This document shows, one piece after another, positions 1 through 9,247 of a stretch of 64,000 nucleotides of DNA. The stretch's first letter is position 1. Every line of letters begins with the position of its first letter. The stretch lies in NCBI GenBank assembly GCA_001000675.1, contig LCHW01000003.1, positions 67,873 to 131,872 of the forward strand. Reading direction: 5' to 3'. A program made the translations under genes and the position numbers. The stretch is from Candidatus Wolfebacteria bacterium GW2011_GWE2_44_13 (lineage in GTDB: Bacteria > Patescibacteriota > Minisyncoccia > UBA6257 > UBA9933). The notes under the pieces were generated by a model. The model did no database searches. It was not told the DNA's origin and saw only the letters and a list, made by a program, of their open reading frames with translations.

Positions 1-376
1 CCATTTCCTTTGATTGTAAGTCGATTCCCTCGGTCTTGTTTTTAATCAACTGCTCCAAATCGGTTTCGCTGTATCGTTTTTCTAACTCCTCATCAATTAA
101 AATACCTTCTATTAACGCATCCATAGTCGCTCGCTGCAAATCCCGCTGCACTTCCTTTGTGTCCATTATTACATCGCTTTCTCCTGTTATTTTTATATTA
201 CTTCGATAAAAATGGTCTGCCATTGTAAAATTCTCCCTAAACATGCCATAGGTAATTGGCGCAAGCCCTACGCGTGCAACAGGCCAATAGCCCGTAACTC
301 CAATTACAATTCCCCCTATAAATACTAACCCTCCTCCGATGATTGCTATTAATTTTATTATTTTTTTACCTTTCAT
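1..376 (-). CDS. Membrane-anchored SurA/PrsA N-terminal-like protein, 3' end outside window
   Basis: Manually translated open frame MKGKKNIIKLIAIIGGGLVFIGGIVIGVTGYWPVARVG...LQRATMDALIEGILIDEELEKR; N-terminal TM helix, PVARV motif and helical segment typical of SurA_N-like proteins. Confidence 0.55.
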   Translation of the reverse strand, partial: MKGKKIIKLIAIIGGGLVFIGGIVIGVTGYWPVARVGLAPITYGMFRENFTMADHFYRSNIKITGESDVIMDTKEVQRDLQRATMDALIEGILIDEELEKRYSETDLEQLIKNKTEGIDLQSKEM

Positions 377-399
377 TGCAGTATATATGTTCACAATTA

Positions 400-663
400 T
401 TATGGAGTAATGATCATCACTTTTTCCCCTGGGTTTTTATAATTAAATTTTGCACGCAGTTCTTTTTCAAGATTTTCTTCTCGAGAAAAATAATCTAATT
501 GCTCCTGCAATGACTCGTTTTCCTTATTCAGCATCTCTACTTTTTCTTTAGATGCCTGTAGTTGATTTCCCATATCATTCCCTTTTCGAAACAATCCGAA
601 GGCCTGAATAGAAACTACTATAATGATAATTGCTAGGAGTGCGATTGTAATATATTTACCCAT
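400..663 (-). CDS. Septum formation initiator (FtsB/DivIC family)
   Basis: N-terminal TM, coiled coil, C-terminal LEKELRAKFNYKNPGEKV; start placed at ATG 663. Confidence 0.75.
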   Translation of the reverse strand: MGKYITIALLAIIIIVVSIQAFGLFRKGNDMGNQLQASKEKVEMLNKENESLQEQLDYFSREENLEKELRAKFNYKNPGEKVMIITP

Positions 664-725
664 ATATTTAATACTATACCGTAACAGACGCACCTTGTCA
701 CTTTTTCGGCGGATGCCGAGTCTAT

Positions 726-900
726 CTTTTCCACTTTTTTTATAAAAAGTGGAGCAAAAAATCGCGAGCGAATAAAAATGACGGAATGGACTCGAAAATT
801 TCTAACGAAACTGCGAACTCGCTCCTGCTCACCGCTCAGACACCGCAGTTTCTGAGGAAATTTTTGTCGCCCATTTGATCCGCCATTTTCACAGGCTCGC
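726..900. repeat. Long imperfect-hairpin intergenic element (MITE/REP-like or ncRNA)
   Basis: Hairpin TCCACTTTTT/AAAAAGTGGA followed by nested arms GCGAGC/GCTCGC, AAAATGACGGA/TCCGCCATTTT, GAAACTGCG/CGCAGTTTC around loop AACTCGCT...CGCTCAGACA. Confidence 0.6.
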
Positions 901-922
901 AGATGCAGAATGCACCCCTCTT

Positions 923-2722
923 TTATTTCTTCAGCAATTCTTTAAACACGTCCGCAGACACATTTACTTTTGCCATAGACAATAGGCGCTTCTTTCCTTC
1001 TTTTTGCTTCTTCCATAGCTTCATCTTGCGTGTTCTGTCTCCTCCATACAGATACCCTGTTACATCTTTGCGCATTGGCGCAATTGTTTCACGCGCAATA
1101 ACCTTCGCCCCTGTAGTTATTTGGATTGCTTGCGCAAATTGCTGTTGCGGCAATAGATCCTTTAGTCGCAGTGCCATTTGTCGTGCTTCATATTCAATAT
1201 CTTTCTTCGGAAGAATGCGGGACAATCCTACAACCATATCTTTCGCAACCATAACATCAATGCGTGCTAAATCCGCCTTTTGATAATCGGCCATTTCATA
1301 ACTAAATGACGCAAATCCATGCGTAAGTGATTTTAATTGATCATCGAAGTCTGAAATCAATTCCATAAGCGGCATGCGCGTCCTAATAAGCACGCGATCC
1401 CCCATGTTCGTTGTTTGCATTTCCCCCATACGAAATATTTCTTTCAATTTCATAATAGGGCCTAAATATACTGTTGGTGCAAGTATTTCCAATTCAATCA
1501 TCGGTTCCCATATTTCATCATATTCGGCAGGAAGATCTTGGGGATTCTCAATAACAACCAACCCCGCTGTGTGTGGTTTTTTTATTTTATATGCCACCGA
1601 AGGGAAACTGTTTACCGTGTCCATATCGAAATCTTGCTCCAATCGCTGTGAGATGATTTCAAAATGTAATTTTCCTAAAAAGCCTACTTTAAATCCGCGC
1701 CCTAACACGTCGTTATAGTCCGGCTCTGTTTTTAGGGCGGGGTCCGTGAGCTTTAACTTCTGAAATGCCTTTTTCATTTCCTCATATTCACTCCCGTCTT
1801 CTGGGAAAAACGAAACGAACACGCGTGGTTGCGGTTCTTGGTATCCTCCCAAATCCGTATCACCAATCGTATCTCCGATTTTCAACTTATCCGGATCTTT
1901 AATACCCGTTGCGATGTACCCGATTTCTCCTTTCGAAATCTTTGTTGATGCCTTCATCTTCGGCTGAAAATAGCCCACTTCTTTTGTTTTAATCTTCACG
2001 TTTGTTGCAACTAATCGTGTATCTTGGTTGCCCACAAATTCGCCATGAAATACACGCACGAATGCGATAATTCCCTTGTGGTCGTCATACACAGAATCAA
2101 ACACCAATGCCGCTCTTCCTTTGCTCGTTTCATCAATCTGCTCTTTTGATCCTTGTTCCCATTCTTTTGGAGGGGGCAATTTTACAATCACCTCTTCGAG
2201 GAGATCTTGCACACCCAATCCTGTCTTTCCTGAAATTCTAAAAATATCATCAAGTTCACATCCTAATAGCTGTGCTGTTTCCAACAATACCGTATCCAGC
2301 TGCGGCGGATTCATATCCACTTTGTTTAACGCGCCTATAATTTTAAGCCCAGCCTTTTTAGCCATTTCAAAGTTCGCAAGTGTCTGTGCCTGAATACCTT
2401 GCGTTGCATCTACCAACAAGATAACACCCTCCACCGCTTTGAATGCGCGCGATACTTCATATGCAAAATCAGGATGCCCCGGGGTATCGATAAGGTTTAA
2501 AATGTATTGTTTACCATCACGCTGACTCTTGTAGTCCATACGCACTGGGGCCATTTTAATGGTTATTCCCCGCTCGCGCTCTAGATCCATTTGATCAAGA
2601 AATTGTGCTTTCATTTCACGTACTTCTACGGTCTTTGTTATTTCCAAAAGACGGTCCGCTAACGTGGACTTTCCGTGGTCGATGTGTGCGATTATCGCGA
2701 AATTGCGAATGTTCCTTGTCAT
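923..2722 (-). CDS. lepA: Translation elongation factor 4
   Basis: IRNFAIIAHIDHGKSTLADR, RERGITIK, C-terminal YGGDRTRKMKLWKKQKEGKK. Confidence 0.98.
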   Translation of the reverse strand: MTRNIRNFAIIAHIDHGKSTLADRLLEITKTVEVREMKAQFLDQMDLERERGITIKMAPVRMDYKSQRDGKQYILNLIDTPGHPDFAYEVSRAFKAVEGVILLVDATQGIQAQTLANFEMAKKAGLKIIGALNKVDMNPPQLDTVLLETAQLLGCELDDIFRISGKTGLGVQDLLEEVIVKLPPPKEWEQGSKEQIDETSKGRAALVFDSVYDDHKGIIAFVRVFHGEFVGNQDTRLVATNVKIKTKEVGYFQPKMKASTKISKGEIGYIATGIKDPDKLKIGDTIGDTDLGGYQEPQPRVFVSFFPEDGSEYEEMKKAFQKLKLTDPALKTEPDYNDVLGRGFKVGFLGKLHFEIISQRLEQDFDMDTVNSFPSVAYKIKKPHTAGLVVIENPQDLPAEYDEIWEPMIELEILAPTVYLGPIMKLKEIFRMGEMQTTNMGDRVLIRTRMPLMELISDFDDQLKSLTHGFASFSYEMADYQKADLARIDVMVAKDMVVGLSRILPKKDIEYEARQMALRLKDLLPQQQFAQAIQITTGAKVIARETIAPMRKDVTGYLYGGDRTRKMKLWKKQKEGKKRLLSMAKVNVSADVFKELLKK

Positions 2723-2767
2723 TGAGGCATAGTACCGTAAAAATCGGTATAAATCCAGTTGTGGACC

Positions 2768-2798
2768 AAAAACCGTCAGCCCTGGGCTGACGGTTTAT
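2768..2798. terminator. Intrinsic terminator hairpin (CAGCC-loop family)
   Basis: AAACCGTCAGCC CT GGGCTGACGGTTT with A/T tracts. Confidence 0.7.
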
Positions 2799-2800
2799 TC

Positions 2801-3622
2801 TTAATCTCTTTGCAACATTCCCTTTGCCATGCGGCTAAAGAATTCTTTTGGCTGTGCCTTAAAATTGTCTAGCACAATTTCTCGAACAAGCTCGGCATAG
2901 ATATGGTGTTGGCCAAATCTGCTCACCTTTTTCCTATACGACTCGAGCTCCTTTCGTTTTACTTCGAATCTAAATTCTTCTCCTGTTTCCGTTCGCTTTT
3001 GATCTACTGCCCTAAACTGTGCGTCTTCAGCAAATCCATACGTGACCACCTTTCCTTTGTATACGTTTGCAAGATTACGAATACGGTCATCATCCGCATT
3101 TATAATTAATATGCCGTTCCATGGAAGTGCCTCTGCGAGTACTGCGAATTCTTTGGCAATATTATCCAGTGTTTCAAACTGCTCTTGATAAATCATAGTA
3201 ATCGTTGTTGCGACAACCATATTTGGCTTCACGATACTCAAGAGATACTCCATATCGTGTGGGCTATCAATCGCCATCTCAAGAATAAGGTGCTCTGTCT
3301 TTTCTCGATCAATTGCTTGCTTGCGAAAGTCGAGTGCTTTCTTTGTTGCTTCCCATAGTATTTCCATCCATGCGCGCACATCCCCTTCTCCTGAGGGTAG
3401 GTCAAGGATAGAAAGAGGTAACCCTATTTCTGCGTTGAAATGCTTTTTATTTGCACGCACCAAAAAGTTTCGCTCATGCAATGCCTGTTCCACGGCCTCT
3501 TTCATCCATGTGCGTCGCGTTGTACCTGCAATCACGATGATATACGGCTTTGTCTTTGCGACGTGTGCTTTTGCAAGCCACTTCAGGACAAATGCTATTG
3601 GTTTTTTAAGAATATCGTTCAT
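2801..3622 (-). CDS. MurF-like Mur ligase central-domain protein with degenerate P-loop and no C-terminal domain
   Basis: FNAEIGLPLSIL, LILEMAID, IINADD, YGF motifs; P-loop reads AGTTRRT instead of TGSxGKT. Confidence 0.7.
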   Translation of the reverse strand: MNDILKKPIAFVLKWLAKAHVAKTKPYIIVIAGTTRRTWMKEAVEQALHERNFLVRANKKHFNAEIGLPLSILDLPSGEGDVRAWMEILWEATKKALDFRKQAIDREKTEHLILEMAIDSPHDMEYLLSIVKPNMVVATTITMIYQEQFETLDNIAKEFAVLAEALPWNGILIINADDDRIRNLANVYKGKVVTYGFAEDAQFRAVDQKRTETGEEFRFEVKRKELESYRKKVSRFGQHHIYAELVREIVLDNFKAQPKEFFSRMAKGMLQRD

Positions 3623-4803
3623 ACCTGTTTTTTAAAATATTTCTTAATACGCCCAAATGCCCGATCAATATCCTTTTCTGTTCGTCCAAAAGAAATGCGA
3701 ATGTGCCCTTCTCCATTTGGACCAAATGCAGCCCCTGGAACAACTGCTACATGTGCCTTTTCAAGTAATTCGCGCGCAAATTCCCATGAGTCACGCTTTG
3801 GCAATAGTTTCGGGAATACGAAGTACGCTCCGTTTGGTTTTTGATATGAGAAAAATTCCGACAACTCATCAAGGTGCGCCATTGTCACATCTCTTCTTCG
3901 TGTGTATTCATTTCTAAAATATTCAATATCCTTTTCTGCAAAATCAAGCGCAGCGATGGCTGCGTATTGAGAAATAACAGGGGCACACGTTACCATCGCG
4001 TCGTGCACTTTAACAATTTCACTAATAATCTCCACGTCGCTATGCACAAACCCAATACGCCATCCGGTCATTGCGTATGCCTTTGAAAGGCTAAACACGC
4101 GAATAACGCGCTTGCGTAATTCAGGAATTTGCGCGAGCGAAAAGAATGGTTCACTTTCACCATCTACTGTGTACAAAAAATCTTTATACACTTCATCTGT
4201 AATAATATAAAACTTTTTCTTTTCTGCGAGCTCGGCAATCTTTAACAACTCTTCCTTTTTAAATATAGTTCCTGTTGGATTATTTGGATTTGCAAACAAA
4301 ATCCCCGCTGTATTTGCAGTTATCTTTTTAGTCAAGTTATCAAAATCAATACTCCATCCATTTTTCTCATCAAGATTCACAAACACTGGCTTTCCGCCGG
4401 CAACCTTCACCGCTTCGGCGTAGGATGTGTAGCTCGGAGAAAATAAAAGGATCTCGTCTTTTTTACCATCAATAATTGTTATCAATGACGCGGTAATTGC
4501 TTCAATAGAACCTGCTGTTACCACGATTTCGTTTTCAAAATCGTAATACATCCCCTCTTGTGCAAGCTTCTCCTCTATAGTTTCGCGTAGTTCAGGCAAT
4601 CCGTATGTGAGCGAATACTTTGCAACAAGCCCTTTATTCAGGGCTTTTATCGTTGCCTTTTTAATAACCTCTGGTGTATCAAACGATGGAATACCCTGTG
4701 CCAATGAAACGACATCGGGGATCTTCGATGCCAATAGCTCAATCTGCTTTATCGGCGAGAGATTTATTTTCTGTGTTCTCGGAAATAATACTTTCGGTGC
4801 CAT
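3619..4803 (-). CDS. PLP-dependent aminotransferase class I/II
   Basis: NPNNPTG, DEVY, SLSKAYAMTGWRIG, VPGAAFG. Confidence 0.95.
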   Translation of the reverse strand: MAPKVLFPRTQKINLSPIKQIELLASKIPDVVSLAQGIPSFDTPEVIKKATIKALNKGLVAKYSLTYGLPELRETIEEKLAQEGMYYDFENEIVVTAGSIEAITASLITIIDGKKDEILLFSPSYTSYAEAVKVAGGKPVFVNLDEKNGWSIDFDNLTKKITANTAGILFANPNNPTGTIFKKEELLKIAELAEKKKFYIITDEVYKDFLYTVDGESEPFFSLAQIPELRKRVIRVFSLSKAYAMTGWRIGFVHSDVEIISEIVKVHDAMVTCAPVISQYAAIAALDFAEKDIEYFRNEYTRRRDVTMAHLDELSEFFSYQKPNGAYFVFPKLLPKRDSWEFARELLEKAHVAVVPGAAFGPNGEGHIRISFGRTEKDIDRAFGRIKKYFKKQV

Positions 4804-4833
4804 ACAGGTAGAATGTTTAATCAGTTCAGTATA

Positions 4834-5340
4834 TCACACCTCCTTGTTCTCTGCACTTTTTGTTCTTTTTCGTTTTTCTGCCACGGCAACTGGCTGTGCC
4901 CTCTCCGTAATATACATGCGTAATATTTTCAAGAAACGAGAGGCTACAAAAATCGCGCCAACTTCCAATGCAGTAAATGTAATTTCTTTCAATATGTGCA
5001 ACTCTTCCCCATGTGAAGACTCCATAAAATGTCCATTCGTTGCAAAATTAACCACATACAATACGAATGTCATAATGAGCCACAGAAATACGAAGTACTC
5101 CCCTTTCCTTCGATTCACCAGCTCTTCCTTCTCCATAAGCCAATGCATCGCTTCCTTATGCAAAGAATACAAACCCAGCACACCAAAATAGAAAAGGTTT
5201 ATTTCATCAGACACATATTCGCCCCTACTAAAAAATCGTACCAACGACATACCAATTGCCGCGTACGTAACCGCTAAACAGATTGCGTATAGTGTGTCGT
5301 TGATCTGTCGTTCAACGCTTTTTGCTCCTTGTTTTATCAT
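4834..5340 (-). CDS. Hypothetical membrane protein (~4 TM)
   Basis: Four hydrophobic segments; ATG 5340 sits 6 nt after TATAAT. Confidence 0.65.
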   Translation of the reverse strand: MIKQGAKSVERQINDTLYAICLAVTYAAIGMSLVRFFSRGEYVSDEINLFYFGVLGLYSLHKEAMHWLMEKEELVNRRKGEYFVFLWLIMTFVLYVVNFATNGHFMESSHGEELHILKEITFTALEVGAIFVASRFLKILRMYITERAQPVAVAEKRKRTKSAENKEV

Positions 5341-5421
5341 AGGCTTATTATACACAAAAAATGCAAATGCGTATGCCAATAAAAAAGGCGCTCTTTCGAG
5401 CGCCTATTACTCCTACTGAAT

Positions 5422-5823
5422 CTACCTCGAGGCAAAGAAGACTATCCCCCGTGAAGACTCCATCATCTTCACCTTCGACGGATCGTCGGAGAGGAGTGCC
5501 GATACGGTTCGTATGTCGGCGCACGTAATCTGGCGCCTCGTACCGCCTGTCACGAGAAATGCCCTTTCGCTGGCGAAGTTCGACTCCCCAATTCTCCCTG
5601 TAGCGAGAGCCAGTAATCCCTCTCTGGCCATCTTCTCACACGCTTCGCAAAGCGAGGGAATCTGAGAAGGTCTCGCATCCTCATTCACAAAAAGTTCCTC
5701 CTTGCATTCGTCGCAACAGCGATTAACTCGCTCCCCCGCAATCCGTTGCACAGTTCGGCTAGCACGCCGCAGCCCGAACTCCTTAATGAGCCCTTGCTGT
5801 TCTTCCGTAAGCTGCCTTGGCAT
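5422..5823 (-). CDS. Hypothetical protein with two CxxC motifs (possible Zn ribbon)
   Basis: CDEC and CEAC; SD-like AAAGGGGAA, upstream TTGACA, downstream hairpin AGGCGCTC TTTC GAGCGCCT. Confidence 0.6.
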   Translation of the reverse strand: MPRQLTEEQQGLIKEFGLRRASRTVQRIAGERVNRCCDECKEELFVNEDARPSQIPSLCEACEKMAREGLLALATGRIGESNFASERAFLVTGGTRRQITCADIRTVSALLSDDPSKVKMMESSRGIVFFASR

Positions 5824-5896
5824 ACTCTTTCCCCTTTCTTCTGATATAATGACGAACTGATTTCAAAGTATGCCCATAACCACGTTTTGTCAATTT

Positions 5897-6601
5897 TTAT
5901 TTACCCATCCTTCTGTCCGTAGACGCGAAATAGTTGAGTGCTTTTTCAAACTCCCGCTCCGAAAAATCCGGCCACAATATTTTAGTAAAATAAAAATGCG
6001 CATTGGCTATATCCCACATCATGAAGCCACTTGACCAATGTGGCTCTCCTCCCGTCCTAATCACTAGATCAACTGGCGGTAGACCGCTTGTCCATAAATT
6101 TTTCTTCACCAACTCCTCATTAATTTCCAATTTGTCATTTTTCCTTTTGGCTTTTGCTATTTCTTTTATCCCGTTCATCATTTCATCGATTCCGTTATAT
6201 GCCAGCAAAAAAGTAAGCTGATGGTCGCCGTAGCCTTTAGTCGCATCTATCGCCTCTTCTATCTTCTCGATAAGGCTTTTCGGGAACCCCTGCCTCCATC
6301 TCCCAATTACATTTATTTTAACCTTGTTCTTATGAATATCCCTATTTTTTGCAAGTTTCTTAAAATTGCTTTCGAGAATCTTATATATAAAATTTATTTC
6401 CGTAGATTTTCTTTTTTCAATATTATCAAGCGAAAGCCCCCAAAAAGTGATTGCGTAAACGTTGCCGTTAATCGCTTGTTTCGTTATGTCGACGATCCTT
6501 TTTGCCCCTTCGCGATGCCCAAAAAAATCCGGTAGGCTCTTTTCCCTTGCCCACCTCCTGTTGCCGTCCGGTATTACTGCAATATGTTTTGGAATATTCA
6601 T
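5897..6601 (-). CDS. uppS: Undecaprenyl diphosphate synthase
   Basis: PKHIAVIPDGNRRWA, DLVIRTGGE, LWPDF. Confidence 0.96.
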   Translation of the reverse strand: MNIPKHIAVIPDGNRRWAREKSLPDFFGHREGAKRIVDITKQAINGNVYAITFWGLSLDNIEKRKSTEINFIYKILESNFKKLAKNRDIHKNKVKINVIGRWRQGFPKSLIEKIEEAIDATKGYGDHQLTFLLAYNGIDEMMNGIKEIAKAKRKNDKLEINEELVKKNLWTSGLPPVDLVIRTGGEPHWSSGFMMWDIANAHFYFTKILWPDFSEREFEKALNYFASTDRRMGK

Positions 6602-6660
6602 ACACTCGTATGTAGTTTATATAACTATGCCTAGTAAGACAATGTGCCTCCTCCGTCGCC

Positions 6661-6781
6661 GACTCTTTTTAAAGCAAAGCAGTTTGCTTTAAAAAGTAGT
6701 TTTCGAATCCCTCACGCAATGCGCGCAGGCGCATTGCTCCTCTCCGCAAAAATAAAAACCCTTTCGGGTTTATTATTTTTG
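6661..6781. repeat. Structured trailer containing an inverted partial copy of the tRNA-Ser 3' half
   Basis: 6702-6713 plus 6739-6755 are the exact reverse complement of 6773-6801; two side hairpins, both with GCAG loops. Confidence 0.8.
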
Positions 6782-6868
6782 CGGAGAGGGAGGGATTCGA
6801 ACCCTCGAGGGGGTTGCCCCCCTAACATCTTAGCAGGATGTCCCTTTCAACCACTCAGGCACCTCTCC
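6782..6868 (-). tRNA. tRNA-Ser(GCT), CCA not encoded
   Basis: GGAGAGG acceptor, ACATC-CT GCT AA-GATGT anticodon arm, long variable arm, GGTTCGAATCC. Confidence 0.96.
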
Positions 6869-6955
6869 GTGTATTAACCAATAGTCTTTGACTGCTAAAA
6901 TACTTCCGTATTGTACGGGAAAAATACTACTTTAGCAACCAAAGCCGCTTACGTA

Positions 6956-7210
6956 TTACCAATTTTGAATCATGCTCTTTAACTTGATCCACCGTTGGTC
7001 ATTATTTCCTTTTATTTTTATAGAAGACTCCTTTAACTCCTCCGCTTCTCTCATTATCTCCGCTAATTTTATATCCTCTCTTAAGACACTCATTGCCATA
7101 CCTCCCGCTATTTCATAGCATGCATCCCCGATGTTTATCTCTCCTCGTTCTACCTTATCTACTAAATCCCTATATCGTTTTACATAATCTACCTTGTTTC
7201 CTTTTATCAT
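6956..7210 (-). CDS. Hypothetical protein
   Basis: 84-aa ORF starting 4 nt after the MFS gene stop; plausible composition. Confidence 0.6.
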   Translation of the reverse strand: MIKGNKVDYVKRYRDLVDKVERGEINIGDACYEIAGGMAMSVLREDIKLAEIMREAEELKESSIKIKGNNDQRWIKLKSMIQNW

Positions 7211-7214
7211 ACTA

Positions 7215-8462
7215 TTATTTTATTTGTTTATTCTCTGTGTTTTCCAATTTCCATGTCAGCCAAATCATCCATAACGCTACACAAATACACAACAATGAGT
7301 TTACGCTTAGCGACATCTTAAACCCATATTGCGAATACAAGAATCCGGCAATTAACGGAGCGATTGCATACCCAAGACTTGAAACGATGCTCTTTAGCCC
7401 CACAAATTCTCCATCTTCTCTATGATCTATATCGTTTGCCTCGAGTGCATGTGCCGCAGAGTAATAGGCAAGATTGTTTCCGATACCGATAATAAAGCCT
7501 ACGATAATTAACCATACTGGCCATCCATAAAATGGGAGTGCAATAAGCCCGACGATTATAAACAGCCATCCCAATGAATGCGTGTGCTTCCAATTATATT
7601 TATCTGCTAAATACCCCGCATACCCTGCAAAAAACGCCGTAACTAAATCATATACTCCCAGCTGTAACCCTCCTCCCCCGCTTAACCCTATCTTTGCTAA
7701 GTGTAATGGAAACACAAACCAAATCGTTCCATAAAACATTCCTTCAAAAAAAGTTGCGCCGATAAGTAGTAGTGGATAATTTTTATTTTCTTTAATAAAC
7801 CATAATCCATTCTTAATAGCCGGAATTGGATTTATACTTTTAAGAAGCACCCTACTCTGTATCTTGCTTGCCGTAATATCATCGGGTAAAAGCGACAACA
7901 TCGTAAAACTTGCTCCATATACAAATATCAGTATCCACGCTGCAAACACCTCATTTCCTGCGATGACGAAGAACGGCAATGTAACGGTAGCAAAAAATAT
8001 TGCCAAAGAGCTAATATTCCCATACAAACCGAATGCCATACCGCCCTCATCTTTTTTTGTTGTTCGTAAAATATATGTTTCCGATGAATCTCTAAACCCA
8101 TATCCAATAAACAACAAGAGTGCGAATGCTGTTAATGCAACTGGATTGTGTAATGAAAATGTAATCCAAACAAGACCCGCTAAAACTCCTGAAGCAAGCC
8201 CGATCATAACGGTTTTCCTGCCTCCAATCTTATCTGCCAAATTTCCTCCAATCGGATCTATTAACAACGCCTCAATAAGACACAGGACACTGATAATAAC
8301 TCCCGTATACCACTCGCCATAGATAACCGCTATCACTACTGGCAGGACGCCATATATTGTCGCGCTTCCAAACGCGGCCACACCTGCACCCGAAATAAAC
8401 AAGAGGAAGCTTTTGTGATGCGCAGTCCACCCATTAATTAATTTTGGAACATGTGTGAGCAT
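7215..8462 (-). CDS. MFS transporter
   Basis: ~12 TM helices, motif A GNLADKIGGRK and second GYLADKYNWK. Confidence 0.9.
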   Translation of the reverse strand: MLTHVPKLINGWTAHHKSFLLFISGAGVAAFGSATIYGVLPVVIAVIYGEWYTGVIISVLCLIEALLIDPIGGNLADKIGGRKTVMIGLASGVLAGLVWITFSLHNPVALTAFALLLFIGYGFRDSSETYILRTTKKDEGGMAFGLYGNISSLAIFFATVTLPFFVIAGNEVFAAWILIFVYGASFTMLSLLPDDITASKIQSRVLLKSINPIPAIKNGLWFIKENKNYPLLLIGATFFEGMFYGTIWFVFPLHLAKIGLSGGGGLQLGVYDLVTAFFAGYAGYLADKYNWKHTHSLGWLFIIVGLIALPFYGWPVWLIIVGFIIGIGNNLAYYSAAHALEANDIDHREDGEFVGLKSIVSSLGYAIAPLIAGFLYSQYGFKMSLSVNSLLCICVALWMIWLTWKLENTENKQIK

Positions 8463-8468
8463 ACGCGT

Positions 8469-9116
8469 TTATATCTTTTTCAGTGTTGCATATGCAGCTT
8501 TTTTGTCGGTTGCGGTAAAAATATACGAACCTGAAACAATAATGTCACCCCCTGCGTCTTTTATTGTTGGTGCTGTTCGGTCGTTTACTCCTCCGTCTAT
8601 TTCAATGGTGATTCCTGGGTACAACGCTTTCAGAAAAACTATTTTCTCTAATACGTTCCGCTGAATCTTTTGTCCGGAGAATCCTGGCTTTACTGCGAGC
8701 AGCTGAATGAATGGAAAGTGCTCAATATATGTTGCAGCCGCTTTTATTGGTGTAGCTGGTAATAGTGCGATTCCAATCTTTCCTTTCCCAAACCCTTTTA
8801 AGAAAAGAATGTCCTTTTCGGTTATCGTCTCCACATGCACAATAATACGTTTTGCCCCTGCCTCAAGCCAGCGCATAACTAATGGCTTTGGATCGACTAC
8901 CATGAGATGTATCTCGAAATTAATCCCTTCGATTTTTTCCGTCTTCAACCACTCCTTTAACTTCTCCGGATTATTCCAGCTTTTATTCGGATTAAATTTA
9001 CCATCGCTTACGTCTATTTGTAGCCAGCTATTTTTCGGCAAAAAAGCCCGCGCTTCTTTTATTTGCTTTTTAACCGCTGCAAATGTGTTGCAATTAATTG
9101 TAGGGATGACTTTCAT
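8469..9116 (-). CDS. rpe: Ribulose-phosphate 3-epimerase
   Basis: IDVSDGKF, EIHLMV, VKPGFSGQ, IEIDGGVN, VSGSYIF; start MKVIP at 9116, the longer ORF runs into a REP. Confidence 0.93.
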   Translation of the reverse strand: MKVIPTINCNTFAAVKKQIKEARAFLPKNSWLQIDVSDGKFNPNKSWNNPEKLKEWLKTEKIEGINFEIHLMVVDPKPLVMRWLEAGAKRIIVHVETITEKDILFLKGFGKGKIGIALLPATPIKAAATYIEHFPFIQLLAVKPGFSGQKIQRNVLEKIVFLKALYPGITIEIDGGVNDRTAPTIKDAGGDIIVSGSYIFTATDKKAAYATLKKI

Positions 9117-9130
9117 GGTTTTAATCGTAG

Positions 9131-9242
9131 TGGATTCCCTCCTTCGCGGGAATGACGCTTCGAGAGCAAATTCCTCGACACCCGGCGCATTGCACGCTCG
9201 TGTACTCGTTAGCAATGCCGAGGGTCAAGCTCGGAATGACAG
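9131..9242. repeat. REP-like palindromic cluster (GTCATTCCCGCG-type plus a variant with hairpin insert)
   Basis: TGGATTCCCTCCTTCGCGGGAATGAC at 9131-9156; second unit ending CAAGCTCGGAATGACAG. Confidence 0.85.
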
Positions 9243-9247
9243 AAAAT

